DNA from: Candidatus Eiseniibacteriota bacterium
GTDB lineage: Bacteria > Eisenbacteria > RBG-16-71-46 > JABDJR01
NCBI GenBank assembly: GCA_963762255.1
Contig: CAVXKA010000002.1
Location: 512,001-576,000, forward strand
Length of the DNA: 64,000 nucleotides
Reading direction: 5' to 3'
A model generated the notes under the pieces. It did no database searches and had not been told where the DNA came from. It saw only the letters and a program-made list of their open reading frames with translations. Positions 48,878 through 59,321 of the stretch are shown one piece after another. Every line of letters starts with the position of its first letter. Within the stretch, counting starts at the first letter, position 1. A program made the translations under genes and the position numbers.

Positions 48878-50739
48878 CAGTCCGTGTCCCCTCCCACCTG
48901 CACGAGCAGGGAGTCGGCGACCCCGAAGTACTGGGCGAGGATCTTCCGCGCGACCGGGGCGCACACCGAGCCACCGTGACCGCGGTTCTCGAACACCAGA
49001 GCCAGCGCGACCTCCGGGTTCTCGGCGGGCGCGAACGCGATGAACAACGCATGATCGTAGCCTGGATTCTGCGCGGTGCCGGTCTTGGCCGCGATCGAAA
49101 TCCCCGGAAGCTGCACGGCCCGGGCGGTGCCTTCGGTCACCGCCGCCCGCATCCCCTTGCGCACCTCCCTCACCGCTTGCTGATCGACGGCCAACCGGCT
49201 CGACGACCGCGCCGGCGGCGGCTCCGGGTGGCGGATCTGACGGTGCTCAGGGCCCAGTTCCTTGAGGAGTCTCGGGACCGGGCGCAGGCCGTCCGCCGCA
49301 AAGGTCGCAGTGTACTGGGCAAGTTCGATCGGAGTGACGAGGACTTCACCCTGGCCGATGATCAGGTTCAGCGCCTGTCCCTGGCTCCAACCGTGCTTCC
49401 CGTAACGGCGATCGTAGTAGCCCGAATCGGGAACCAGCCCCCCGCGTTCGCCGGGGAGATCGATGCCGGTCGGCAGCGTCACCCCGAACAACTCGGCGGC
49501 TCGGGCGATACCGTCCACACCGAGGGTGGGCGCCACCTGATAGAAGAAAACGTCGCACGATTGGGCCATGGCGCCTTCCGGATCGAGCGAGCCGTGCCCC
49601 GCGGGCTTCCAGCAACGAAACGACCGGTTGCCGAAGCGGTAGCTGCCGAAGCACGGGCTCAAGCCCTGTCCGGGGTGAACGATTCCCGCGGCGAGGAGCG
49701 CGTACTGGGTGATCGGCTTGAACACAGAGCCCGGCGGGTACGAAGACTGAACCGCGCGATTCAGGAGCGGCGCACCTTCCCGATTGAGGGCGCCCCAGTC
49801 CTCGGGGCTCAGCGGCGAGAAGGCGTTGGGGCTGAAGTCGGGACGGCTGGCCATGGCCAGCACCTCGCCCCGACGCACGTCCATCAACACCCCGGCCCCG
49901 CGCACTTCGGGCGGGTCCCCGCGCCCGTCGTAGCGCGCCTCCGCCATCGCATCTTCCATCACGCGCTGCAGGTCGGCGTCGAGAGTGAGCGTCAGATCGC
50001 GCCCCGCGCGGGGCGGCACCGGCTGCGCCCGGATGAAGACTTCGCTGCGCCGGCCGAGGGCATCCACTTCCACGTAGCGAATGCCGTCCTCGCCGCGCAA
50101 TTGGTCCTCGTATTGGAGTTCGATCCCCGACTTGCCGATCAGCGAACCGGGCCGATAGCCCAGATCGGCCAGCCGGTCCAGGTCCTTCTCGCCGACCTCG
50201 CCGACATAGCCCAGGACGTGCGCGGCCAGCGAGTCGGCGGGATAGTACCGCGCGGGCCGCACTTCCACCGAGACGCCCGGAAGTTCGGCGCGATGCTCCT
50301 CGACACGCGCCACCATGAGCGTGTCGGCGTTGCGCTCGAGGCGAACGGGTTGGTACGAAGAGTTGGCGTCGCGGGTGAGGGTGTGCCGATAGTGCTCGGC
50401 GTCCCCCCCCACCAGCTCGGCAAGCCGGGTGAGAGTGGCCTCGAGGCGCTCGGGATGCCGAACGAAACGCTTGTGGTGCGGATCCACGACGATCGAAAAC
50501 GCGGGGACCATGTCCGCGAGGACCACGCCCTTGCGATCGAGGATGCGTCCGCGAGGGCCGCGAAGATACTCCGGCCTCAGCCAATTCCGCTCGGACAGCT
50601 CGCGGCTGCGATCCGAGTACACCACTTGCAGGAAGAAGAGACGGGCGACGATCGTAGCGAGCACGCCCAGCGCCACCAGGCCCAGAAACAGCGCCCGCTC
50701 GCGACGGTCGCTACCGTTTGACGAATATCTTCGGCGCAT
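48877..50739 (-). CDS. mrdA: Penicillin-binding protein 2
   Basis: RGRILDR, YPPGSVFK (SxxK), QSCDVFFY and KTGTAQ motifs. Confidence 0.96.
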   Translation of the reverse strand: MRRRYSSNGSDRRERALFLGLVALGVLATIVARLFFLQVVYSDRSRELSERNWLRPEYLRGPRGRILDRKGVVLADMVPAFSIVVDPHHKRFVRHPERLEATLTRLAELVGGDAEHYRHTLTRDANSSYQPVRLERNADTLMVARVEEHRAELPGVSVEVRPARYYPADSLAAHVLGYVGEVGEKDLDRLADLGYRPGSLIGKSGIELQYEDQLRGEDGIRYVEVDALGRRSEVFIRAQPVPPRAGRDLTLTLDADLQRVMEDAMAEARYDGRGDPPEVRGAGVLMDVRRGEVLAMASRPDFSPNAFSPLSPEDWGALNREGAPLLNRAVQSSYPPGSVFKPITQYALLAAGIVHPGQGLSPCFGSYRFGNRSFRCWKPAGHGSLDPEGAMAQSCDVFFYQVAPTLGVDGIARAAELFGVTLPTGIDLPGERGGLVPDSGYYDRRYGKHGWSQGQALNLIIGQGEVLVTPIELAQYTATFAADGLRPVPRLLKELGPEHRQIRHPEPPPARSSSRLAVDQQAVREVRKGMRAAVTEGTARAVQLPGISIAAKTGTAQNPGYDHALFIAFAPAENPEVALALVFENRGHGGSVCAPVARKILAQYFGVADSLLVQVGGDTD

Positions 50740-51214
50740 GGAGCCTCAGCCGCACGTGAAGGAGTCGTTCGATCCCCAACCGCGCCAGCGGCACCGCCAG
50801 CGCGGTGAGTAGCGCGGAAGGGAGGGCGATGAGGAGCATGTAGCGCGGAAACGCGGTCAGTTCGCCGCCGCCCAGGAGCACGAGGCTCATGGCGGACCTG
50901 GCCAGGACGGCCAGAAAGAGAAACGTCGCCTGGGTGAGCGGCGAATCGCGGTACACGCTGCGGGAGAACGAACCCGCGAGCCAGCCCACCAGCGACATCG
51001 GCAGCGCCTCGACGCCGATGACGTTGCCGTAGATGAGATCGCGCAGCACGCCGAGGGCGAAGCCGGCGGCGGCACCGGCCGGCGGCTTGCGCGCCAGCGC
51101 GATGAGCACGACGAGGCCGAGAAGCAGATCGGGATGTGCGGGAAACCTGGCGAACAGGGCGAGCCGGACAGCTTCCAGTACCAGCGCGAGGACCAGCACC
51201 AGGAGCGTCTGCAT
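50711..51214 (-). CDS. mreD: Rod shape-determining protein MreD
   Basis: PDLLL and GF.LG.L.DL motifs; hydrophobic; lies between mreC and mrdA. Confidence 0.88.
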   Translation of the reverse strand: MQTLLVLVLALVLEAVRLALFARFPAHPDLLLGLVVLIALARKPPAGAAAGFALGVLRDLIYGNVIGVEALPMSLVGWLAGSFSRSVYRDSPLTQATFLFLAVLARSAMSLVLLGGGELTAFPRYMLLIALPSALLTALAVPLARLGIERLLHVRLRLHAPKIFVKR

Positions 51215-52251
51215 CACAGCGAGTCCTGCTGCGCCGCGGGCTGCGGCGGTATCCACGGCCCCAGCTCGTCGTCGGGAGGCGGAGGCAACGACGGGGGCGC
51301 CTCGCGGCGTGCGGCGCTGTCCGCCGCCGCGCTGTCACCGAGCGCTCCGGCACTGTCGGCGACACCACCGAAAATCTCCTCCGCCGCTGGGGACGCGGAG
51401 GATCCGAACGGCAGTGACGGCCACGACGGCCCTGGACCCGGCTGGAGAACGAAGACTTCCTCCAGGCGGAAGAACGTGCCGAACGGGCGGAGGGTCGCTT
51501 CCTTCAAGAGTCGATCGGGAGACTCCTCGATATCGCTCACAACTCCCACCAGGAGACCCGGCGGAAACACGCCGCCCAGTCCGCTGGTGAGAAGCGTGTC
51601 GCCGGGAACCATGTCCGCATAGAGCGGAACCATCGTGATCTTGAGACGGCTCGCTCCGGGATCCCACACCACGATGCCGAGCACGCGGCTTCGCGCAACG
51701 CGCACGCTCACCGGAGTGTCCTCGTTGCGCAGCAGGCGCACCCGCGATTGGAGGTCCTCGACCTGATCCACCACTCCCACCAGCCCGCGCACGGTGGTGA
51801 CCGGCTCGCCCCCGAGGAGCCCGCGGTTGAAGCCGAGATTCACCCACGCGACGCCGCGAAGCGGATCCAGATCGAGGCCGATCACCCGCCCTGGCAGCGT
51901 GCGGAAGCCGGAAGGCGGCTCGTAGCCGAGCATCTCGCGCAGCCGCACGTTCTCGCGCTCGGCTTCGCGAAGCCGCTCCATCTCGAGCTGCGAATCCATG
52001 ACGCGCTGCGAGGGACCGCGCGACCGGGTGAAGAGACGGGAGATCTTGAGCGGCTGCGACAGGACGTTCATGAGGCCGCCAGCGGCTCCGTCCACTGCAG
52101 GAGCGAGCACGGGGGGACGGCGCAGCACCCGCACGGTGCCCGCGCCGACGAGAACCGCAGCGGCAAGAAGGACCACGAGGAGCCCGCGGCGGCGGTCGAA
52201 GAAGGCCACCACGCGCTGGACCGCCTCGATGAGCAGATTGAGGAGGGGCAT
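51214..52251 (-). CDS. mreC: Rod shape-determining protein MreC
   Basis: ENVRLREML, GLVGVV and GDTLLTSGLGGVFPPG motifs. Confidence 0.93.
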   Translation of the reverse strand: MPLLNLLIEAVQRVVAFFDRRRGLLVVLLAAAVLVGAGTVRVLRRPPVLAPAVDGAAGGLMNVLSQPLKISRLFTRSRGPSQRVMDSQLEMERLREAERENVRLREMLGYEPPSGFRTLPGRVIGLDLDPLRGVAWVNLGFNRGLLGGEPVTTVRGLVGVVDQVEDLQSRVRLLRNEDTPVSVRVARSRVLGIVVWDPGASRLKITMVPLYADMVPGDTLLTSGLGGVFPPGLLVGVVSDIEESPDRLLKEATLRPFGTFFRLEEVFVLQPGPGPSWPSLPFGSSASPAAEEIFGGVADSAGALGDSAAADSAARREAPPSLPPPPDDELGPWIPPQPAAQQDSL

Positions 52252-52276
52252 GACGGAGATCCGCGGTTCCGGGGTC

Positions 52277-53311
52277 TCAGTCCCGGAACGATTTCATGAG
52301 GACCTTCTCGTACAGCTCCAGATTCTCCAGCACCTTGCCCGTCCCGAGCACCACGCAGAGGAGCGCCTCGTCGGAGACCGTGATCGGCAGGTTGGTGGCC
52401 TCGCGCAGGAGCACATCCAGCCCGCGCAAGAGACTCCCGCCCCCGGTCATGAGGATCCCGCGGTCCACGATGTCGGCGGCCAGCTCGGGCGGGGTCTGCT
52501 CCAGCGACGTGCGCAGCGCCTCCACGATCTGGCCGATCGGCTCCTGGAGCGCTTCGCGAATCTCGGTGGAACTCACCTTGATCGTCTTGGGAATGCCGCC
52601 GATGAGATCGCGCCCCTTGATCTCCATCTCCTCCTCTTCCTCGAGCGGGAACGCGGAGCCGATCCGGATCTTGATCTGCTCGGCGGTCTGATCGCCGATG
52701 AGGAGGTTGTAGGCGCGCTTCACGTACTGGACGATGGCTTCGTCCATCTTGTCGCCGCCCACGCGCACGGATGTGTCGTGAACGATGCCGTTCAAGGTCA
52801 TCACCGCGATCTCGGTGGTGCCCCCGCCGATGTCGATGACCATGTTCCCGCACGGCTTGTCGACGGGAAGGCCGACGCCGATGGCGGCCGCGATGGGCTC
52901 TGCGACCATCAGCACTTCGCGCGCGCCCGCCGCTTCCGCCGAGTCGCGCACCGCGCGCTTCTCCACCTCGGTGATGCCGGAAGGGACGGCCACGATGACC
53001 CGCGGTCGCACCAGAAACTTGCGCTTCTGCACCCGCTGGATGAACTCGCGGATCATGTCTTCGGTCTTCTCGAAGTCAGTGATCACGCCGTTCTGCATCG
53101 GACGTACCGCGATGATCTCCTCGGGAGTGCGCCCGAGCATCTCCTTCGCTTCCTTGCCTACTGCGAGCACGCGTCCGGTGCCGCGATCCACCGCCACGAC
53201 CGAGGGCTCGTTGAGCACGATCCCCTTGCCCTTGACGTAGACAAGGGTGTTGGCGGTGCCGAGATCGATGGCGACGTCGGTGGTGAAGACGCCCATCAAA
53301 CGATCGAACAT
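52277..53311 (-). CDS. mreB: Rod shape-determining protein MreB
   Basis: IDLGTANTL, EPIAAAIG, DIGGGTTE and LMTGGGSLL motifs. Confidence 0.98.
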   Translation of the reverse strand: MFDRLMGVFTTDVAIDLGTANTLVYVKGKGIVLNEPSVVAVDRGTGRVLAVGKEAKEMLGRTPEEIIAVRPMQNGVITDFEKTEDMIREFIQRVQKRKFLVRPRVIVAVPSGITEVEKRAVRDSAEAAGAREVLMVAEPIAAAIGVGLPVDKPCGNMVIDIGGGTTEIAVMTLNGIVHDTSVRVGGDKMDEAIVQYVKRAYNLLIGDQTAEQIKIRIGSAFPLEEEEEMEIKGRDLIGGIPKTIKVSSTEIREALQEPIGQIVEALRTSLEQTPPELAADIVDRGILMTGGGSLLRGLDVLLREATNLPITVSDEALLCVVLGTGKVLENLELYEKVLMKSFRD

Positions 53312-53413
53312 TCGGTTCTCTGTCCTTTCAAGAGTCTCGATGAGGGTGCGGACGCCCGAGGCAATAAAGCGTCCGTCCAGGAGCGCTAACCCTCTAAGCG
53401 ATAAACCGATGGG

Positions 53414-53442
53414 ACGCTATCAAGGGTTCGCGGCCCCGACAA
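53414..53442 (-). promoter_or_regulatory. Putative sigma70 promoter of the mre operon
   Basis: TTGTCG-17 nt-TAGCGT with extended -10 TG. Confidence 0.55.
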
Positions 53443-53453
53443 GGGGGAAACGG

Positions 53454-54728
53454 CTAACCCGCGGTGGAGACACGCATCCGATGGGCGAGGACGCTCCGGC
53501 ACTCGGCGCTCAGACGGCGGAGCCGCGCCGCGTGCTGGGTCTCGGCGGCGCCGCGCGAGCCGGCGGCCTGGAGGCGGCGCGACGCCGCGTCGAGGAGCCG
53601 TGCCGCGCGGTCAAGATCGCCGAGATCCCGCCGCGCAATGTCCCCCGCCCGCTCGAGGACCGCCGCCGCCGACGCGTCCGAACGCTCCACTGCACCGGTG
53701 CGCTCGTAGAGATCGGCCGCGCGCACGAGTTCGCCGGAGCTTTCCAGCCCCTGAGCCACCCGAGCGAGCGAGCGCGCGTCCGGAATCGCCGCGTTGTCCA
53801 CCCGTTCCATCTCATCCGCGACGTCCGCCGCATCCCTCCACGCGCCGCGAGCGACCAGGGCGGCGAAGGCGCAATGGTAGGCGGCAAGCGCTTCGCTGTC
53901 CCGGCGCACGAGGCGCAGACAGCGAGCCTCGCCCAACATTCCATCCACCCGCTCCCCCGCCCCCTCGCGATAGGCCTGGTATTCGCCCAGAGCGGCGTAC
54001 CAGTTCGCCTCGCTCAGGTAGCGCTCGGCGCGCAGAAGGCGCCGCTCCGAAAGACCGCGGCGGAAGAGGCCGGACGCCGCGCCGATCCCGAACCCCAGGG
54101 CGAGGCCGGTGAAATGGGCCCAGTACGCCGTGTCTCCCCGGGGATCATCGAGTGCGATCGCCGCGTAAGCCGCCTGGAGCCCGCTCCAGGCAGCGAGCGC
54201 CACCCATGCGGGCAGCGCGGTCACCCCGCCCCGCGCGGTGCCTCGAAGGTACGCGAAGGTGGCGTGCGCCACGCGGACGCGGAGGAACCAACAGCGGGCC
54301 GCAAAGAGCCCCATGAGCCCGGCGATGGCCCCCGACGCGCCGAGCACCACCGCGCCCTGTTGCCCGGGATAGAGGGCGCGCGAGAGCTCGGCCTCGACCA
54401 GCATGGAGACGAGCCCCGAAAGGAGAAACACCGCCAGGAACGGTGCCCTGCCGACGCGATCCTCGAGCGCGGGGCCGAAGGTCACGAGGTAGAGGAGGTT
54501 TCCTCCCAGGTGAAGGAGGTTCGCGTGCACGAAGCAGGCGGTGAGAGCCTGGGAGAGGGTCGGGGCGTCCGCGGACAGGACGAGGCGGCCCCACCACGCG
54601 TAGGTGGGCGCGAAGTAGTTGAGCAGGTAGTGCACCAGGGCGAGCGCAATTACGAGCCCCAGCGTGGCCACCGGGGTTCGCTTCAGCCGGGTCTCGGTGC
54701 CGAGCGGGAAGTAGAAGAAGTAGTACAT
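53454..54728 (-). CDS. Rhomboid-family intramembrane serine protease with C-terminal TPR-like domain
   Basis: FVHANLLHLGGN, LEDRVG, GASGAIAG (Ser) and AYWAHFTG (His) motifs. Confidence 0.92.
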   Translation of the reverse strand: MYYFFYFPLGTETRLKRTPVATLGLVIALALVHYLLNYFAPTYAWWGRLVLSADAPTLSQALTACFVHANLLHLGGNLLYLVTFGPALEDRVGRAPFLAVFLLSGLVSMLVEAELSRALYPGQQGAVVLGASGAIAGLMGLFAARCWFLRVRVAHATFAYLRGTARGGVTALPAWVALAAWSGLQAAYAAIALDDPRGDTAYWAHFTGLALGFGIGAASGLFRRGLSERRLLRAERYLSEANWYAALGEYQAYREGAGERVDGMLGEARCLRLVRRDSEALAAYHCAFAALVARGAWRDAADVADEMERVDNAAIPDARSLARVAQGLESSGELVRAADLYERTGAVERSDASAAAVLERAGDIARRDLGDLDRAARLLDAASRRLQAAGSRGAAETQHAARLRRLSAECRSVLAHRMRVSTAG

Positions 54729-54819
54729 GGGCCCCGATCCGGTATCGGCACCGAATCGGGGTCCATTGAGCGAAGCCGGGGCGCCCCCCCTGGCCGGGAG
54801 GACGCCCGAGGACGGGTTC

Positions 54820-55977
54820 CTAGAAGTAGTAGGTGCCGGTGATGCTCGTAATCGGGCGGCTCGTCTCCCCGCTGAAGAGGTAGCCGCCGGTGAAGAGCGC
54901 GTCCGGGTTTACGGTGGCATCCACGTCGAAGTGCTCGAAATGGAGGCCCATGCCGAGTCCGAAGTAGTAACTGGAGGACACCGCATCCGTGGTCTCGGCG
55001 TCCTCGAAACCAGGGTCGACCGTGCTCAGGTCGATGGACTTGGTGGCTCCCACGCGGGCGGTCAGCCAGGAGTACACATCGAACTCGAGCGCGACGAAGA
55101 GTGCGGGCATGTCCCACCGCGAGAACTCGGCGCTCTGTGCCGCGCCGGTCGTGTAGGTGGTGCGCTTCAGGTAGTTGGCGGCGATCCCCATGATCAGGAG
55201 GTCGTCCCCGTTCACCTCGTGGTGCGCGGCGATACCGATGTTGAGCCGGTCCGAGCGGGTGACGTCGGCATCTTCCTCGGCGGTGACGTCGGTGCGGCCG
55301 TAGCTCAGGAGCGGCACCAGCGTCGTGCCCTCACTCACTTCGCTCATCATGCGGCCGACCAACCGATAGGTCAGGTTGCCGGCGTCCTCGCTGATGACCG
55401 TCCCTGCGGAGTTCTTGTCCTCCCAGGAGTACTGGGCCAGCTCTCCGGCCAGCTCCAGGGTGCTCTTGTCGCCCACGTCGAACTTCGCTCCGCCGATCAC
55501 GCTGAGGAGGCCCGCTCCCCCGCCGGCCACGTTGATGGGCGAGCGACGGAACGCGCCCGTTTCCACGCTGCTGTCCACCCAGTTCAGGGCCAGGCCCAGC
55601 GCCAGACCGGAGAACTGCTTCGCCCAGGTCAGATCGAGCTCCGCGGACTCCGCCGCGATCGTGCCCCCGACTTCATTGGTCACGAAGATCCGGTTCTCCT
55701 GGTTCAGGTAGATTGCGAACGCGCCGTACGAGCTGTTCTCTCCCGCGCCGATCACGCCGACTGAGCGGTTCCCGCCATCCCGGCTGCCCAGAGACGCGGT
55801 CACGAGGTTCTTGTAGCGGGCGACCACGGTCGGGAAGATGCGGAAGTTGTGATAGTCCTCCACGTACTCGCGCTGCACGGCGAGACCGTCGAGCCGGGCA
55901 TCGGACGCCGGCGCAACGGAGGGAAGCAGGGCGAGCAGGCCGAAGAACAGAAGACCTGCGAATACGGTTCTCATCAA
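54820..55977 (-). CDS. Putative outer-membrane beta-barrel protein
   Basis: Signal peptide (APA-S), alternating amphipathic beta strands and C-terminal aromatic ITGTYYF. Confidence 0.8.
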   Translation of the reverse strand: MMRTVFAGLLFFGLLALLPSVAPASDARLDGLAVQREYVEDYHNFRIFPTVVARYKNLVTASLGSRDGGNRSVGVIGAGENSSYGAFAIYLNQENRIFVTNEVGGTIAAESAELDLTWAKQFSGLALGLALNWVDSSVETGAFRRSPINVAGGGAGLLSVIGGAKFDVGDKSTLELAGELAQYSWEDKNSAGTVISEDAGNLTYRLVGRMMSEVSEGTTLVPLLSYGRTDVTAEEDADVTRSDRLNIGIAAHHEVNGDDLLIMGIAANYLKRTTYTTGAAQSAEFSRWDMPALFVALEFDVYSWLTARVGATKSIDLSTVDPGFEDAETTDAVSSSYYFGLGMGLHFEHFDVDATVNPDALFTGGYLFSGETSRPITSITGTYYF

Positions 55978-56091
55978 ATGCCCCCTTGGTTACGGTCGAT
56001 AGGGTGCCGGGAGCCGGAAGGCGAGGTCACCCGCCGAGACACCGCGCGCACCCGGGCACGCGTCCAACCCCGGTCCTGACCGGACGGCAGG

Positions 56092-56120
56092 ACGCTAAGA
56101 CAGCCTCAAGAGGCTGTCAA
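56092..56120 (-). promoter_or_regulatory. Sigma70 promoter of the OMP gene with an internal inverted-repeat operator
   Basis: TTGACA-17 nt-TAGCGT; perfect GACAGCCTC-AA-GAGGCTGTC at 56099-56118. Confidence 0.7.
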
Positions 56121-56974
56121 TCCGGGGTCTTCTGGAGGAGCACCGGCCCTGCGGCGCGGAACAAGCGGGAGAGGTCTCGGTCGAAATCGGAGTCCTCCGA
56201 GCGGAGCGAGTTGATCCGCACGCGCCCGCGCGCATGGAGGAATCTTCCCTCGCGCAGGCAGATGCCCACGTGGGAGACCGCGGCATCGGAGGTGCCGAAG
56301 AAGATGAGATGCCCGAACTGGGCCTCGATGGGGTCGCGGTGGATGTAGGACTCGCGGCGAACCCATCGGAATTGATCCTTGGAGTCGCGCGGCAGCAGTA
56401 CGCCGTGCATGCGAAACACCGTCTGCACGAGCCCCGAGCAATCGAGCCCCTTAGCGGTCACTCCTCCCCACTGGTAGGGCACACCGAGGAACCGATGCGC
56501 GGTCCTCAGCAGCGAGGGAATGTCGCGAGGCCGCAGACGGGGACGCAGCGTGGCGCGGTCGACGAGCAGATCGTGGGAGTGCAGATACCCCGGGACCTCG
56601 TCGGGAAGGAGGACACGAAGCCAGTTCCCCGAGCGTCCGATGCGCGGAAGCTTCGCCCCGAGCGGGGCCTCGCGCAGGGCCAGGCTGCGGCTGGTGGGAC
56701 GCTCGCGCAGCCTCGCCACCAGCGAGTCCACCTCCACCATGGGGCCGCTCTGCCACGTCGCGATCTGGGCCGCGCCGGCGGGATGCACCGACCACGACCT
56801 GATCCAACCCCGGTAGCCATCCGGACATTCCACTCGGAGCCAGCGCCCCTTGTCGCGCAGGCCCAGTACGAGCAGCGGCGTTCCCAGGATGACCTGAGAG
56901 ACCTGCTCCGCGGCGTGCTCCGGCTGCCTGCGGATCTCCCCCACCGCCTCGCTGACGATTACGCGGCTCTTCAT
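56117..56974 (-). CDS. SH3b-NlpC/P60 (C40) peptidase, YkfC/dipeptidyl-peptidase VI-like
   Basis: SQVILG and DGYRGWI (SH3b); LGVPYQWGG, GLDCSGLVQ, LPRDS.DQ, HVGI and FLHA motifs; no signal peptide. Confidence 0.9.
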   Translation of the reverse strand: MKSRVIVSEAVGEIRRQPEHAAEQVSQVILGTPLLVLGLRDKGRWLRVECPDGYRGWIRSWSVHPAGAAQIATWQSGPMVEVDSLVARLRERPTSRSLALREAPLGAKLPRIGRSGNWLRVLLPDEVPGYLHSHDLLVDRATLRPRLRPRDIPSLLRTAHRFLGVPYQWGGVTAKGLDCSGLVQTVFRMHGVLLPRDSKDQFRWVRRESYIHRDPIEAQFGHLIFFGTSDAAVSHVGICLREGRFLHARGRVRINSLRSEDSDFDRDLSRLFRAAGPVLLQKTPD

Positions 56975-56987
56975 GCGCGGCCTCCGA

Positions 56988-58265
56988 TCAATTTCGGCGC
57001 GTCCCCACCAGGCGGAAACGTCCGAATCCGTCCTGGTCCTGAAAGACAAAGGTGGCGTTTCGCTCGTAATAAGTCCAGATCTCAGTCGGGGTCCCGCCGA
57101 CGTCGCTCACGGTGCGGTCCACCTGTTCGGGGGGGCCGTACTTGACGTAGATGCGCCCCATGTCGGAACGCCAACCGGGTTCCAGGACGCCGAAGTTGCG
57201 GGCCGCGTATTCGACGCGCTGCAAGAATTCGATCAGCGCCTCGTTGGCGCTGCTGCCGGGGTCGGGATCGCGCCGAGCCCAGAACCGCGTCCAGATCGAC
57301 TCCAACGAATCGTCGGGCGCGTTTTCGAGAGCGATCATCTCGTCGTTGGTTGCGACGTAACCGAGCACCGTGCGCACCATCTGGGGGTCGCGCAGTACCG
57401 AGATGCGGCTCTCGTCGATCCGGAACGAGCCCTCGCGGCGAACCCGCGACGATCCGAGGCTCACGTCCACGGTCAACCGATACGTCCCCGTGGTGAGACC
57501 GGCGATTCCCGGGCGCAGGACGACGCTCCCTCGCCTCTCGCGGCGCGGGAAGGCGAGCGTGGAGTCCCGCACCGAGCGGTTCCCGTCGTCGCGGATCTCC
57601 CAGCGCAGCGCGTACGCGGTGTCGGGAAGCCCGGCGAGGCTGTCCGCGGTGAGCGCGTACACGCAAACGACAGGCACATCGTCTCCGTAGCTGCGCGAAG
57701 GGTGGGGCAGCACGTCCCCCTCGAAGTTCTCCGCGGGCGCGGCGAGGACGAGGTCATCACACACCCCGAAGACAAGATCGGAGACCCTCAGCGACGCCGC
57801 GACGAACGAGGGCACCTTGAGTTCCAGTTCCGTCTCACCGAAGAGCCGCGTGCCGGGAACCGCGACCCGCACCTTGACCCGCGCGTCACCGGCGGGCAGG
57901 TGGAACACGTAGCGCCGCTGCAGCGAGCGTCCCTCGTTCTCTTCGCTCACCGGCGAGCCCGGAATGCGGTGATAGGACCAGTTGTCGCCTGCAAGCGGAC
58001 GTCCCTTGTGGTCGGCCCATGTCGCGGCAACGTCGAGGTCGGCGAATCCCCCGCCGGCGCCGTCGGCGGTGAAGGGAAGCGAGGTGAGAGGCACGCTCAC
58101 GTAGAGGTGCGTCTCGGTGCGGCCCAGCGAATCGGGAAAGGACGCGGTGTCGGCCGCGAATCGGATGCCGCCCGCGACAGGCGTCCCCGCCGCCGCAGTC
58201 GCGTCCGCAATCAAGGTGAGCAACGCCACGATCGTCGAGGCCCGCACGGCGGTGACGGCGCTCAT
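56988..58265 (-). CDS. GWxTD domain-containing exported protein
   Basis: FWARRDPDP..NEA..EF..RV.YA..NF, GWRSDMGRIYVKYGPP and EIWTY motifs; signal peptide. Confidence 0.9.
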   Translation of the reverse strand: MSAVTAVRASTIVALLTLIADATAAAGTPVAGGIRFAADTASFPDSLGRTETHLYVSVPLTSLPFTADGAGGGFADLDVAATWADHKGRPLAGDNWSYHRIPGSPVSEENEGRSLQRRYVFHLPAGDARVKVRVAVPGTRLFGETELELKVPSFVAASLRVSDLVFGVCDDLVLAAPAENFEGDVLPHPSRSYGDDVPVVCVYALTADSLAGLPDTAYALRWEIRDDGNRSVRDSTLAFPRRERRGSVVLRPGIAGLTTGTYRLTVDVSLGSSRVRREGSFRIDESRISVLRDPQMVRTVLGYVATNDEMIALENAPDDSLESIWTRFWARRDPDPGSSANEALIEFLQRVEYAARNFGVLEPGWRSDMGRIYVKYGPPEQVDRTVSDVGGTPTEIWTYYERNATFVFQDQDGFGRFRLVGTRRN

Positions 58266-59284
58266 CCCCCGATCCGGTGCATTCCCCGTCCCTCGACCGG
58301 GCCGACCGCGGTGCCCTCGCGGATCTCCCGATGGTAGGGATGCTCCTCGGGCTTCTGCCGAATAGCCAGTCGGAAGAGATCGGCCAACCGCTCGTCATCG
58401 GCGCCCTCGCGCATGGCCAGGCGGAAATCGATCTCGTTCTCGTTGAGCAGGCAGCCTCGGAGCTTGCCTTCCGAGGTCAGCCGAACCCGGTTGCAGCGGG
58501 AACAGAACGCGCGGTCGGTGATCGGGGAGATGAAGGAGATTCGGCCCGCCCACCCGGAAGCGGTGTAGGTCTGAGCGGGCCCGCCGTCGTGCGGCGGATC
58601 GACAGGCGTGAGCGGATGGCGCGCCTCGATGGCGGCGCGGATCTCCGCACTTGGCAGGACCTGGGCCAGGCTCCAGCCGTTCCCGCCGAACGGCATGAAC
58701 TCGATAAAGCGAATGTCCAGCGGGCGGGTGCGCGCCAACTCCACGAAGTCGAAGAGCTCGTCCTCGGTGGTTCCCTTGATGAGCACCGTGTTGAGCTTGA
58801 CTGGATGGAGCCCTGCGTCCAGGGCGGCTTCGATACCGGCGAGGACGTCCTCGAGCTTGTCCTGACCGGTGATCCGCTGGAAGCGCTCGCGCACGAGTGT
58901 GTCGAGGCTGATGTTGACCCGGTCCAGCCCGGCGGCGCGCAGCTCGCGCGCATGGCGCGCGAGGAGGACCGCATTGGAGGTCATGACGAGCTGATGGAGC
59001 CGCGGCCCGTCGTTCTCGCCGTGCTTGTGCCGTCCCAGCCGCTCGACCAGATGCACGAGATCCTTGCGCACCGTAGGCTCGCCGCCGGTCAGGCGCACCT
59101 TTTTCCAGCCCAACATCACCGCGATCCCCACGAGACGGTCGATCTCCTCGAAGGTGAGCACTTCCTCGCGCTCGGCGTGCAGAGGATGGTCCGGCATGCA
59201 GTACGTGCAGCGCAGATTGCATCGGTCGGTGACCGAGATGCGAAGATAGGTGATCGCCCGGTCGAACGGGTCCACGAGGGGCAT
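58262..59284 (-). CDS. moaA: GTP 3',8-cyclase
   Basis: YLRISVTDRCNLRCTYCMP, RLTGGEP, RFIEFMP and FCSRCNRVRLT motifs; C-terminal IGG. Confidence 0.97.
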   Translation of the reverse strand: MPLVDPFDRAITYLRISVTDRCNLRCTYCMPDHPLHAEREEVLTFEEIDRLVGIAVMLGWKKVRLTGGEPTVRKDLVHLVERLGRHKHGENDGPRLHQLVMTSNAVLLARHARELRAAGLDRVNISLDTLVRERFQRITGQDKLEDVLAGIEAALDAGLHPVKLNTVLIKGTTEDELFDFVELARTRPLDIRFIEFMPFGGNGWSLAQVLPSAEIRAAIEARHPLTPVDPPHDGGPAQTYTASGWAGRISFISPITDRAFCSRCNRVRLTSEGKLRGCLLNENEIDFRLAMREGADDERLADLFRLAIRQKPEEHPYHREIREGTAVGPVEGRGMHRIGG

Positions 59285-59321
59285 GCGGGTCTCCAGGGGG
59301 CTGATTGGAATCTAAATGAGC

